Positions 38,092 through 47,618 of a DNA stretch of 64,000 nucleotides are shown one piece after another. Positions within the stretch are counted from its first letter, which is position 1. Every line of letters starts with the position of its first letter. The DNA lies in assembly GCA_965248435.1 (NCBI GenBank), contig OZ252100.1, forward strand, positions 1,600,001-1,664,000, in the 5' to 3' direction. This DNA comes from Candidatus Latescibacterota bacterium. Lineage in GTDB: Bacteria > Latescibacterota > UBA2968 > GCA-2709665. The notes under the pieces are model-generated. The model saw nothing but the letters and a program-made list of their open reading frames with translations, was not told the origin of the DNA and did no database searches. The position numbers and the translations under genes are program-made.

Positions 38092-38127
38092 AAAAAAACG
38101 GCCCTTCTCGGGCCGTCGCTTTCTTCT
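38091..38127. terminator. Hairpin terminator between convergent genes
   Basis: A-tract + ACGGCCC-ttctc-GGGCCGT. Confidence 0.55.
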
Positions 38128-38148
38128 TCCACGCAAAAAAACTCCGAT

Positions 38149-38913
38149 TCACTTCATCAATCCCACCTCACGGAATCGGTCCTCCAGTTCCCGCATCAGC
38201 GCCTCGTATGTCTGGCTTCTGACGAACTGGGCGGCCCGGCCCACCTCCTTGAATCTTGTCTGATCCACCCACCCCATCCTACCGACCCAGGCAAACTCTG
38301 CGACCTCGGAGAGCAGCGCAGCGAACCGTTCCGGGCAGCAATAGACCACCGGCGCAACCGAGGCCCACACCTTGATGCCAGCCTGCCGCAGCCTCCTCAT
38401 CGTCTTCAGCCGCAAACCGATCGTCGGGGCGTTGGGTTCCAGACGCTGTCGCACCCGGTCGTCGTCCGTGGGCACTGAAAACCCGACCTCGACTCTTTTA
38501 CCGAACGACTTCAGCAGATCCAGATCTTCCAGAATGAGTTGACTACGTGTATGCACCGTCAGACGCGCGAGGTTGCATTCCAGGAGGACCTTGAGACAGT
38601 CCCGTGTCAGCCGATACTTTCGCTCGACGTACTGGTATGGGTCTGTGGCCGATGACATAAAGACCCGTTTGCCCCAGACCTTCGCACGCGCCTTACCAAG
38701 GAGGAAGGCGGCGTTCACCTTGGGCCTCACCCATTCACCCCAGGCGGACGGATGCGCCTCCGCGAACGGATAACTCATCACATAGCAGTAGGCGCAGCCC
38801 ATGCCGCACCCCTGGTAAGGATTGAGTGAGAAGTCATAGCTCGGGTAAAGCGTAGAAACCTCGTCCTGCGGGGTAAGAATTGAGCGCGCGGCGGCTTCCT
38901 CGACTTGAAGCAA
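38149..38913 (-). CDS. Spore photoproduct lyase (SPL)-family radical SAM protein
   Basis: SLNPYQGCGMGCAYCY, SSATDPYQ..E, LEPNAP...RL. Confidence 0.88.
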   Translation of the reverse strand: MLQVEEAAARSILTPQDEVSTLYPSYDFSLNPYQGCGMGCAYCYVMSYPFAEAHPSAWGEWVRPKVNAAFLLGKARAKVWGKRVFMSSATDPYQYVERKYRLTRDCLKVLLECNLARLTVHTRSQLILEDLDLLKSFGKRVEVGFSVPTDDDRVRQRLEPNAPTIGLRLKTMRRLRQAGIKVWASVAPVVYCCPERFAALLSEVAEFAWVGRMGWVDQTRFKEVGRAAQFVRSQTYEALMRELEDRFREVGLMK

Positions 38914-38970
38914 CGTCTTTCCACCCTTCTTCTTCGAGCACGGTTTGACAAACCCGAAAACGGGTGTAAA

Positions 38971-38999
38971 ATTATACTGAACATCTGTTCACCTGTCAA
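38971..38999 (-). promoter_or_regulatory. Consensus sigma70 promoter with a GAAC-N4-GTTC (LexA-type) box in the spacer
   Basis: TTGACA ggtGAACagatGTTCag TATAAT (17-nt spacer). Confidence 0.75.
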
Positions 39000-41103
39000 G
39001 GCCCAATGAGCTGAGCCTCCGCTTCGCTGCCCTTCCGAACTCCTTGTTTCCCGTCCATCGCTCCAGGAAGGCCTCGAAAGCCTCTCCCGCCGCCTCGCGA
39101 TTCCCGAGCTGTTGTTCGATCGAGCCGACCTTGTAGAGGGAAAAGGCCCCCATTTCGTCCGTGGATTCCGAAGCCAGAGCATAGGCCTCTATGGCTTCGT
39201 TCAGGCCGCCCGCCTTTTCGAGCGTCACGCCAAGGTTGTAGGCCACCTGGTAAGCATCCGGCCGCACCTTCAGGTGACGGCGGTAGACCGCGATGGCCTC
39301 GGCCCGATACCCGTTCTCCGAGTAAAGTGAGCCCAGATTTACGGCTGCGTCAGTATAACCCGGGTCCGCATCAAGCACCTTGAGATAGGCCTCCATCGCC
39401 TCCTGGTTTCGACCGAGCTCCTGACTGGCAAGGGCAAAATTGTATCGCGCCAAGAGGTGGTCTGGATCCAGTCTGAGGGCCCTCTCGAAAACGTCTACAG
39501 CTTCCTCAAACCGCTTCAAACGACCGAGCTGAGTACCGGTGTTGACCCAGGAAGCAACGTGAAGGGAATCGGTGAACAGCGCCTGCGTGTAGGCCGTGAG
39601 CGCCTGCTTTGCCTCACCGCGTTTCTGATGGATTACGCCGATATTATAATGGACTTCCGTATAGTAGGGGTGAATCAGGAGTGCTTCCTGGTACTCTCGA
39701 TAGGCCCCGTTCAGATCGCCACGCATTCTGAGTGCGCCGCCGAGGTTGAAATGAACCTTCGCGCTGCGCGGGGCGGTCGCCACGGCACTCGCGAAAAGCG
39801 AATGGTTGTCCTTCCAGTCCGCGTTTCTTAGCATCGTTCTCGCACCGTAGCCTAACAACAGCAAGGCCGCGAGGCCTGCAGCAGCCCAATCCGATCGGGT
39901 GCGGGTCAGCACCCGAAACCCTGTCCCGATCCAGAGCGCAAACCCGAGGCAAGGAAGGTAGAGCAGTCGCTCACCCATAATCGTACCGATCGAGAAGAAC
40001 AGGTTGGATACGGGCAGCAGGGTGACGACTGGGATCAGGGCGCCCAATCCCCACCCGGAGTCTATCCTGCTGCGAAGCCCCTGGACCGCAGCCCACGCTA
40101 CGCCGACAACCACAGCCACACCGAACCAGAATCTGAAGTCGAACGCCGTCCCCACTACGGGGATCTGGTCGTAGGAATAGTCTGCGGAAAGGCTAAGGGG
40201 GAGCAGCAGCTTAACGAAGTAAGTCCCCAGAACGGCGATGGCCGTCGACACGCGCTCCAGGGTCGATGCGTACGCGAGAGGATTATCCAGGAAGAGCGGC
40301 CGCTTTGGGAGTAGGACGGATCCCACGACGGCACTTCGCCACACAAGAAAGAGGAGGAGAATCGCGACGTAGGGCCCGTACCGCCTCAGACTTTCGCGGT
40401 CGATCCAACGGCCATTGCCGCGACCGAACAAACAGTCGTATCCGGCCAGGAGACCGACGAGGACCGCGGCTTGCTCTTTGCAGAGACACGCTGCCAGACT
40501 TGCGACGACCGACGCTGCGAGGAGCGAACGTCTTTTCATCTCTATCGCGCTGATGTAGAGCAGCCAGGCGAGCACGAGCCAGAACCCGCAGAGAAGCTCC
40601 GAGCGCCCGACGATTCCGTTGACCGCTTCTGTCTGAACGGGGTGGAGGACGAACACGAGCGCGCTGAGCCCTGCCGAAGCGACATCCCCCAAAACGCGCC
40701 ACGCGATCCAGAACACAAGCATTCCGTTCAGGAGATGCAAGACGACGTTGAACAGGTGGTATCCAAAGGGATCCAACCCGTGGATCTGGTAGTTCAGTGC
40801 AAAAGTTAGAGTCGTGATCGGCCTGAAGAGCCCGAGTTCCGCTCGCCCGGGCCAGTATGGCTCCGAGAAGATTCGACCTAGATCGATCGCCTTCACGGTC
40901 GGATTTTCGACGACGATCGCCTCGTCATCGAACGTAAACCCGTTCTGCAGGCTGTTCGAGAACGCGACCGTGCCGAAGACTACGACAAGCAACGGAAAGA
41001 AGAGATCGGGTCTTCTCGTTTGTCTAATCCAACCCAACATCGGCGATTCGAGCTCCCGGTTAAGAATAGGCGAGAACTTCGACAATGAACCAGGCAGATC
41101 CAT
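38989..41103 (-). CDS. TMTC-like GT-C glycosyltransferase with C-terminal TPR repeats
   Basis: NGFTFDD, FRP, HPVQTEAV..IVGR, KEQA, LSADY, ERLLYLP, then multiple TPRs. Confidence 0.85.
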   Translation of the reverse strand: MDLPGSLSKFSPILNRELESPMLGWIRQTRRPDLFFPLLVVVFGTVAFSNSLQNGFTFDDEAIVVENPTVKAIDLGRIFSEPYWPGRAELGLFRPITTLTFALNYQIHGLDPFGYHLFNVVLHLLNGMLVFWIAWRVLGDVASAGLSALVFVLHPVQTEAVNGIVGRSELLCGFWLVLAWLLYISAIEMKRRSLLAASVVASLAACLCKEQAAVLVGLLAGYDCLFGRGNGRWIDRESLRRYGPYVAILLLFLVWRSAVVGSVLLPKRPLFLDNPLAYASTLERVSTAIAVLGTYFVKLLLPLSLSADYSYDQIPVVGTAFDFRFWFGVAVVVGVAWAAVQGLRSRIDSGWGLGALIPVVTLLPVSNLFFSIGTIMGERLLYLPCLGFALWIGTGFRVLTRTRSDWAAAGLAALLLLGYGARTMLRNADWKDNHSLFASAVATAPRSAKVHFNLGGALRMRGDLNGAYREYQEALLIHPYYTEVHYNIGVIHQKRGEAKQALTAYTQALFTDSLHVASWVNTGTQLGRLKRFEEAVDVFERALRLDPDHLLARYNFALASQELGRNQEAMEAYLKVLDADPGYTDAAVNLGSLYSENGYRAEAIAVYRRHLKVRPDAYQVAYNLGVTLEKAGGLNEAIEAYALASESTDEMGAFSLYKVGSIEQQLGNREAAGEAFEAFLERWTGNKEFGRAAKRRLSSLGLDR

Positions 41104-41130
41104 ACCCGTTGAAGCGCCATCGATCTCAAT

Positions 41131-41159
41131 ACTATAGGTCTGTGTTACAACCTTGTCAA
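41131..41159 (-). promoter_or_regulatory. sigma70-type promoter of the TMTC-like gene
   Basis: TTGACA-17 nt-TATAGT. Confidence 0.65.
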
Positions 41160-41239
41160 CGTGACAACCCCCGTTGCGCGTTTCGCCTGGGAGTGTCTCG
41201 GTTCATATCGAACAATGAAACACCGGACGCATTCAAGAG

Positions 41240-41272
41240 AAAGGGCCGGCAGCTTTGAGCTGCCGGCCCTTT
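41240..41272. terminator. Strong, potentially bidirectional intrinsic terminator
   Basis: AAAGGGCCGGCAGC-tttga-GCTGCCGGCCCTTT. Confidence 0.8.
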
Positions 41273-41403
41273 GCACTTGTATGTTCGGCTCCAGACCGGT
41301 CGAGTCTGGCCAGCTCGCCTCCCTGCTTTGCCAGGACCTCCCTGTGTGACATACAAGCGGCATAGACAGACCCGGCAGTCAGACCCCATGCTGACCGCCG
41401 GGA
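41273..41403 (-). ncRNA. Candidate structured small RNA
   Basis: Hairpin CCCGGCGGTCAG/CTGACTGCCGGG, then a multistem closed by CTTGTATGT/ACATACAAG, directly before the terminator. Confidence 0.45.
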
Positions 41404-41511
41404 CTCATTTCAGGATAGATCGGAGGTTGAAGAATCCCTTAAGAAAATTATCGACATTTCGACCCTGCGTCTTGAGCCCGGATCTCTCCAAAGCTCCCCG
41501 GCGACGCAGGT

Positions 41512-42288
41512 TTATCCAACCGATCCCACGGATCGTCTGTAGGAAGTCGCCAGACCCAGCAGGACGAGATCCGGCTCGATCCGGTGCGGGTGCTGCAAGA
41601 ATGGCGACAGGAATTCGGCGTCCCCCCCGGTGAGACAAACCTGAGTAGCGGCGTCCACTGCGCTCACCATCTCCTGGATTACTCGATCTACTCCGCCCGC
41701 CGTCGCGTGAACCACTCCCGCCAGGATACACTCTCGGGTGTCCTGGCCGAGGACGGTTTCGGGTTCCACAAGCTCCACCTCTGGAAGGAGGCTCGTCTTC
41801 GCAGAAAGTCCAGAGATTGCGGTACGGAGCCCGGCCGTGATCGCGCCCCCCAGAAAACGTCCGTCTGCGGAAACCATATCTATAGTCACGGCAGAACCGA
41901 AGTCGACGACAATCACCGACCCTTTAGAAAAGCGATAGGCCTCGCCCGCAGCCAGCAGTCTATCTATTCCGACCGCTTCTGGATGCGGGACAGCCACGTC
42001 CATACCCAGATCCATGGACGGGTCTGCGGTCACGAAGGGGGTTGTGCAGACGGCCTGAATACCGGTCCTCAGTCTATCCGTCATCCCACGTACGACGGAA
42101 GAGCAAACAACAGCCTCTAGGTCGTCTGGACAGATGCCTCGGCCTTCGAGCGCCTGTCTCAGATCTTCCGCGTAGGATTCGGCCGAACGGTCGAGCGCCG
42201 TTGGCCAGGACCAGCGGTGCGCGATGCCTTCACCCTCGGAGAGCCCACAGCCGATTCGGGTATTGCCGACATCAAGAAGAAGAAGCAT
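41512..42288 (-). CDS. coaX: Type III pantothenate kinase
   Basis: LLDVGNT, SSVV, VGIDR, VDFGSAVTID, GGAITAG, TGGDA. Confidence 0.93.
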   Translation of the reverse strand: MLLLLDVGNTRIGCGLSEGEGIAHRWSWPTALDRSAESYAEDLRQALEGRGICPDDLEAVVCSSVVRGMTDRLRTGIQAVCTTPFVTADPSMDLGMDVAVPHPEAVGIDRLLAAGEAYRFSKGSVIVVDFGSAVTIDMVSADGRFLGGAITAGLRTAISGLSAKTSLLPEVELVEPETVLGQDTRECILAGVVHATAGGVDRVIQEMVSAVDAATQVCLTGGDAEFLSPFLQHPHRIEPDLVLLGLATSYRRSVGSVG

Positions 42289-43321
42289 CGTCACCCCGCT
42301 CATTCGATTCACGGATTTCGTCGACCTCACCAAACTGAACGGACGCCAACCCGCCCTCGTCAACCCTGACACTCAGGGCGCCGCCCGGAGTGAGGTCCTC
42401 GGCGATCCCCTCTACTTGCCCATCTGCCGAGCGCGCGCTGATGCGCCGCCCCAGGATGGCACTCCGCGCCTTCCAGAGGGCTCGGATTCTCTCGGGCGTC
42501 ATCGAGCGAGTGATCGATTCCAATCTCTCAAGAATCCTGCTCAGGAGGACCGTTCGCTCCGGAGGATGCCCAAAGACGATGTTGAGAGATGTGGCGCTCC
42601 CACGGAGGTCCAGAGGAAAGTCAGTGACATCCTGCGCGACGTTGATCCCTATTCCGACCACCGCGAACGAAACGTCTGGTCCATCCAAACGAGTCTCTGT
42701 GAGGATACCGGCCAGCTTCCGACCTTCCAGCAAGACGTCGTTCGGCCACATCAGGTCGGGATGAAGCCCTGTCATCGCTTCCACGGCTTCTGCTACCGCC
42801 ACCCCGGCCCCAAGGGTCAGCATCCACGCCCCATCTGCCGACAAACTGGGCCTGAGCAGAATCGAGAACCAGAGCCCGACCGCGACCGGCGAATACCAAT
42901 CCCTGCCGCACCGACCCCGGCCAGCGGTCTGATGCTCGGCCAGGATCAAACTTCCGTGCGGTGCACCCCCCAACCCGGCCTCCATCGCAAGATCGTTCGT
43001 GGATCCGACCTCCAGGTGGCACGCGAAGTGATGCCCGAGGGCCTCGGTCGACAGGCCCTCGTGAAACCTCCTTCGATTCACGACGTCCACTGCTGCTCGA
43101 AGCTGGACGGATCGGGCGCCATCTATATGTATAGGATACCCCAGCCGTCGAATGGCTTGGATCGCACCCTCCAGGTCCGCTTCGCTCCCTCGAATCGTCT
43201 CCCGCAGGTCCGCCTGGCTGCAGACACCCTGGTTTTCAGCCAGGACCTCGAGCACCTTGTAGGAATGGGATGTGTTCAGCTGAGAGATCGCAGAATTCTC
43301 TACCCGGGCTGAGGGGTTCAC
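42272..43321 (-). CDS. birA: Biotin-[acetyl-CoA carboxylase] ligase with probable N-terminal HTH
   Basis: GSTND, AEHQTAGRGR.GR.W, WPND, KLAGIL, GIGINV. GTG start overlaps the nadC stop. Confidence 0.92.
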   Translation of the reverse strand: MNPSARVENSAISQLNTSHSYKVLEVLAENQGVCSQADLRETIRGSEADLEGAIQAIRRLGYPIHIDGARSVQLRAAVDVVNRRRFHEGLSTEALGHHFACHLEVGSTNDLAMEAGLGGAPHGSLILAEHQTAGRGRCGRDWYSPVAVGLWFSILLRPSLSADGAWMLTLGAGVAVAEAVEAMTGLHPDLMWPNDVLLEGRKLAGILTETRLDGPDVSFAVVGIGINVAQDVTDFPLDLRGSATSLNIVFGHPPERTVLLSRILERLESITRSMTPERIRALWKARSAILGRRISARSADGQVEGIAEDLTPGGALSVRVDEGGLASVQFGEVDEIRESNERGDDASSS

Positions 43322-44214
43322 GATGACCTCGACGCCTTTCCACGGCCTCCAAACCGGAGGCTGATATCCAGTGCGTCCACCGAGTGAGTCAACGCGCCGA
43401 TGGAGATCACGTCTACCCCGGTCTCCGCCACGTCTCGAACGTTGTCCAGGGTAACATTCCCGGAGGCTTCGAGCAGCGGTCTGATCGGAGGAAGCTTCTG
43501 GACGGTCTCGACAGCCCGGCACATCTGCTCCAGGTCCATGTTGTCCAGCATGATCCAATCGACGCCCACGGCGATCGCATCCTCCAGTTCCGCCAGGGTT
43601 TCCACCTCTACCTCGATCTTGACCGCGCGGCCCTCTTTTTCCATGGCGTTTCGAACCGCGAAGACGGCAGGGCCGATTCCGTCCGCGGCCTCGATATGGT
43701 TCTCCTTGAGCAGAACCATGTCGTAGAGCCCCATTCGGTGATTCTCACCGCCGCCCACCCTCACGGCGTACTTGTCCAGCATACGGAGACCTGGCACTGT
43801 CTTTCTCGTGTCAAGGATCCGCGCCCCCGTCCCTGCGACCACTCGGACGAAACGCGCCGTAGAGGTCGCGATCCCGGACATCCGTTGAAGAAAATTGAGA
43901 GCGGTCCGCTCTGCCGTCAGGATCCCTCTCGCCGGCCCTGAAACTTCCGCAATGATCTGCTCCGGACCGACAGCATCGCCGTCCTGCAACATCCTCTCGA
44001 AGTGGATTCTGGAATCCAGCTCCTCGAACGTCCCAGCGGCGACATCCAGACCGGCCACGATGCCTTCTGCGCTCGAGATCAGGTGCGCTTTACCGCTTGC
44101 GGTGGCCTGGGTCGTCCAGAGTGTGGACAGGTCCCCCGACCCCACATCCTCCTCGATGGCCCGATGGATCACCTTGCCTACCGTCTTTAAATCCAGAGAT
44201 GGAATCCTGCCCAT
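43318..44214 (-). CDS. nadC: Quinolinate phosphoribosyltransferase (carboxylating)
   Basis: AIEEDVG.GD, ERTALN, DTRKT.PG, HRMGL.D, KENH, IMLDN, EASG. Confidence 0.96.
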   Translation of the reverse strand: MGRIPSLDLKTVGKVIHRAIEEDVGSGDLSTLWTTQATASGKAHLISSAEGIVAGLDVAAGTFEELDSRIHFERMLQDGDAVGPEQIIAEVSGPARGILTAERTALNFLQRMSGIATSTARFVRVVAGTGARILDTRKTVPGLRMLDKYAVRVGGGENHRMGLYDMVLLKENHIEAADGIGPAVFAVRNAMEKEGRAVKIEVEVETLAELEDAIAVGVDWIMLDNMDLEQMCRAVETVQKLPPIRPLLEASGNVTLDNVRDVAETGVDVISIGALTHSVDALDISLRFGGRGKASRSS

Positions 44215-44245
44215 TCGGCTCCACTCCACGAGGCTCGGCCTACAA

Positions 44246-46258
44246 TCAGGTCCCACCCGTCGTTTCCGTGCCCTCACGCATTTCTGCCTTGACCCGTGCG
44301 ATCTCATCACGAACCTCGGCTGCTTTTTCGAATTCAAGATTTGCCGCAGCCTCTGCCATCTTCTTCTCCAGATCGGCGAGGAGATCCACCAGGTTCGTCC
44401 CCACATCATACACTGATGCCTCTTCAGCCACCTCCAAGACGTCCTTCTTGACGTCTGCAACGGCCGTGGACTGAAGAATCTCCTCCCTGGACTTGTAGAT
44501 CGTCGTCGGGGTAATCCCGTGTTCCTCGTTATGTGCCTCCTGCAGTGCGCGCCGCCGAGCGGTCTCTTCGATCGCCCGGCGCATCGAGTTCGTCACCTTA
44601 TCCGCATACAGAATCACTTCGCCCGCCTGGTTTCGTGCGGCGCGGCCCGATGTCTGAATCAAAGAGCGCTCAGACCGAAGAAACCCCTCCTTGTCGGCGT
44701 CAAGGACCGCCACAAGGGAGACCTCGGGCAGGTCGAGGCCCTCACGAAGGAGGTTGACGCCAACAAGCACGTCGAACTCGCCGAGCCTCAAGCCTCGGAT
44801 GATCTCCACGCGATCCAGCGAGTCGATCTCCGAATGCATATAGCGCGCACGCAAGCCGAGGTCACGCATGTAGCTGGTCAGGTCCTCGGCCATCCGTTTC
44901 GTGAGCGTGGTAACCAGAACACGCTCCCCCTTTTCGATCCGCGTGCGCGACTCGTTAATGAGATCGTCCACCTGGCCGCGAACAGGGCGCACGACCATCT
45001 GTGGATCCAGAAGCCCGGTCGGACGAATAATCTGCTCCACCACAACACCCTTGCACTGCTCCAGCTCATAGTCGGCCGGGGTTGCAGACATGAAGATGAC
45101 TTGATCGATCTTCTTTTCAAACTCCTCGAAATCCAGCGGCCGATTGTCGAGCGCGGCGGGCAAACGAAAGCCGTGCTCGACGAGTGTCGTCTTGCGAGAC
45201 CGGTCTCCGCTCCACATGGCGCGAACCTGAGGAATCGTCACGTGAGACTCATCGATGACCGTCAAGAAATCATCGGGGAAGTAGTCGATCAGCACATAGG
45301 GCGCTTCGCCCGGCGCGCGACCGTCGATGTATCGAGAATAGTTTTCTATCCCCTGGCAGACGCCGATTTCTCGCATCATCTCGATATCGTATCGCGTCCG
45401 AGTCTCAAGCCGCTGAGCCTCCAGGAGTTTTCCCTGATTTCGAAACTTCTCGAGCTGCTTCGCCAGGTCGATTTCGATCTGCTCGATCGACCGCTCGATC
45501 CGGTCAGCTGTGGTCACATAGTGTTTGGCTGGATAGATCGAGACCCGATCCGGTTCATCCACAACCTCACCTGTCACCGTGTCGACCATCGAAAGCGTTT
45601 CGACCTCATCCCCCCAGAACTCTATTCGGACGGCAACCTCCTTGTCAGGCGGGAAGACTTCCACAACATCCCCCCTTACCCTGAACGTGCCGGGACCAAA
45701 CTCGATATCGTTACGCGAATAGTAGATGTTGACCAGCCCCCTGAGCAGCACGTCCCGGTCGATTCGCTGACCACGCTCCAGGTCGGCGTGCAGCGCCTTA
45801 TACTCTTCAGGACTCCCGATTCCGTAGATGCAGGAGACGCTCGCGACGATAACGACATCCTGCCGCTCCATCAGGGCGCTCGTCGCACGAAGCCTGAGCC
45901 GGCTGATCTGCTCGTTGATATCGACTTCTTTCTCGATATAGGTATCCGTAACCGGCTTGTATGCCTCCGGTTGATAATAATCATAGTAGGAGATGAAGTA
46001 CTCTACCGCGTTGTTCGGGAAGAAACTTTTTAACTCGCCATAGAGCTGGGCCGCAAGTGTCTTGTTGTGAGAAATCACCAGGGTCGGCCTCTGGATGGTT
46101 TCGATCACCTTGGACATCGTGAATGTCTTACCCGTACCCGTAGCCCCCAGGAGCGTCTGATGCCGAAAACCCTGTCTAATGCCCTCAGACAGTTCGGCAA
46201 TCGCGTGGGGCTGATCCCCTGCCGGTTCAAAAGGTGAAATCACTTCAAATTGCGGCAC
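44246..46258 (-). CDS. uvrB: Excinuclease ABC subunit B
   Basis: [47 protein letters not shown]-terminal UVR. Confidence 0.98.
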   Translation of the reverse strand: MPQFEVISPFEPAGDQPHAIAELSEGIRQGFRHQTLLGATGTGKTFTMSKVIETIQRPTLVISHNKTLAAQLYGELKSFFPNNAVEYFISYYDYYQPEAYKPVTDTYIEKEVDINEQISRLRLRATSALMERQDVVIVASVSCIYGIGSPEEYKALHADLERGQRIDRDVLLRGLVNIYYSRNDIEFGPGTFRVRGDVVEVFPPDKEVAVRIEFWGDEVETLSMVDTVTGEVVDEPDRVSIYPAKHYVTTADRIERSIEQIEIDLAKQLEKFRNQGKLLEAQRLETRTRYDIEMMREIGVCQGIENYSRYIDGRAPGEAPYVLIDYFPDDFLTVIDESHVTIPQVRAMWSGDRSRKTTLVEHGFRLPAALDNRPLDFEEFEKKIDQVIFMSATPADYELEQCKGVVVEQIIRPTGLLDPQMVVRPVRGQVDDLINESRTRIEKGERVLVTTLTKRMAEDLTSYMRDLGLRARYMHSEIDSLDRVEIIRGLRLGEFDVLVGVNLLREGLDLPEVSLVAVLDADKEGFLRSERSLIQTSGRAARNQAGEVILYADKVTNSMRRAIEETARRRALQEAHNEEHGITPTTIYKSREEILQSTAVADVKKDVLEVAEEASVYDVGTNLVDLLADLEKKMAEAAANLEFEKAAEVRDEIARVKAEMREGTETTGGT

Positions 46259-46548
46259 GTGACGCCCTCGTTCGAAGGCCCATCGGCGGATAAGCGCTGG
46301 GATCCGGACGGGCTAAGTTAAGTCGATAACCTAGTTTAATTTAGAGAGAGCAGGACTCAGAATCAAGGTGCATCCTCCGGAGATCGAGGGTCGGATCAGA
46401 ACCGGTCCGATGTCCCCACCTGAGGTTCAACCCTCATGGACTCGATAGATTTATTGAGGTCCTATCTTGCATCGGGTATCCGTTTCAATAGATATAACCC
46501 ATTGTTAAAACAATAGATACGGGATTTCATTCCAAATGCGCGCTCGCC

Positions 46549-46564
46549 CGGCACGCGGCTTGCA
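46549..46564 (+). promoter_or_regulatory. Possible sigma54 (-24/-12) promoter
   Basis: CGGCAC-gcggc-TTGCA (GG-N10-GC), preceded by an AT-rich tract. Confidence 0.5.
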
Positions 46565-46697
46565 AATGCTCTACATATCCTGCACACTAAGTGCGGGAAA
46601 AGGCGGGAGTGCGGTCTACCCGGCTGACCGGCTCCCGCCCCCTTTAAACCGAAAGCGGAATGATATCCCTGAGCAGGACACTTTGGGGGGACTTGAT

Positions 46698-47612
46698 TTG
46701 AAACGGTTCGTGATTCTGCCATTACTTTGGGCGGGCTTCCTGTCGCCCGGGGAGCTGGCTGCAGGGTCGTGGACGCTGCCAAAGGGCGACTTTTGGAGTA
46801 AGGTCACCTATCTGAAGCAGTCCACGAATCAAGAGTACGTCAGCTCGGGCGGGCAGGGCCGACCACCTGACCCGGCCGTCCAGTACTTTCCCGGAGACCG
46901 TGCCCGCTATCGCTTCGACGGACAGTACAGCTCCTGGGCGGTCTTTCTAGATCTCTTTTATGGAATTACAGATCGATTCGACGTGGGGATTCAGGTCCCC
47001 TTCTTTCGACAGGAATTCGTCGACGACGCCCTCCTGACCGGGTTCGGGGAGCCCAGAAGGGCAACCGGTTTCAGCGATGTGAGGGGGATTTTGAAGTTTC
47101 GTGCGATTAGAGAGCCTTTTATAGGCACCCTTAAACTAGGTGTGAAGGCACCCACCGGCCAGTTCCTGAATGAGGATGGCATCATCCCTGTCGGGGAGGG
47201 ACAGTGGGACTTCGATTTCATCCTCCAGGCCGGGCGGTCGTTCTGGCCCATTCCAGCTTACGCCAACGCCGAAATCGGCTATCGACTCCGACTGAAGAAT
47301 GACGAAATCGACCGGGACCCTGGAGATGAGTGGATCTTCCTCGGAGAAGTCGGTGCCAACCCGGCGAAAAGGATTCTGGTCGCCCTCAAGCTGGAGGGAA
47401 TACGCGGGAAAAGGGCCACCGTCATTGGACTGAGCAACCCCTCTACGATCAAACGTGTCACCTACCTGTCACCAACCGTGGCGCTGGGACCCTTTGGAAA
47501 CACGAGCGTAGAGTTTGCTCTGCGGATCTCTCTGAATGGTCACAACTTCCCCGCCGGCCAAATGCTCATCGCAGGTGTCTCTTATTCAGGCAATCCCTTC
47601 CGAAGACGCTGA
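46698..47612 (+). CDS. Secreted, probable outer-membrane beta-barrel protein (transporter-like)
   Basis: TTG start with signal peptide MKRFVILPLL, WTLPKG, YGITDRFD, GFSD, KAPTG, and alternating beta-strand pattern. Confidence 0.65.
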   Translation: MKRFVILPLLWAGFLSPGELAAGSWTLPKGDFWSKVTYLKQSTNQEYVSSGGQGRPPDPAVQYFPGDRARYRFDGQYSSWAVFLDLFYGITDRFDVGIQVPFFRQEFVDDALLTGFGEPRRATGFSDVRGILKFRAIREPFIGTLKLGVKAPTGQFLNEDGIIPVGEGQWDFDFILQAGRSFWPIPAYANAEIGYRLRLKNDEIDRDPGDEWIFLGEVGANPAKRILVALKLEGIRGKRATVIGLSNPSTIKRVTYLSPTVALGPFGNTSVEFALRISLNGHNFPAGQMLIAGVSYSGNPFRRR

Positions 47613-47618
47613 TTCCCT

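Noticed and set aside
46259-46480. SOS box upstream of uvrB
   Set aside because: No GAAC-N4-GTTC match found on reading either strand.
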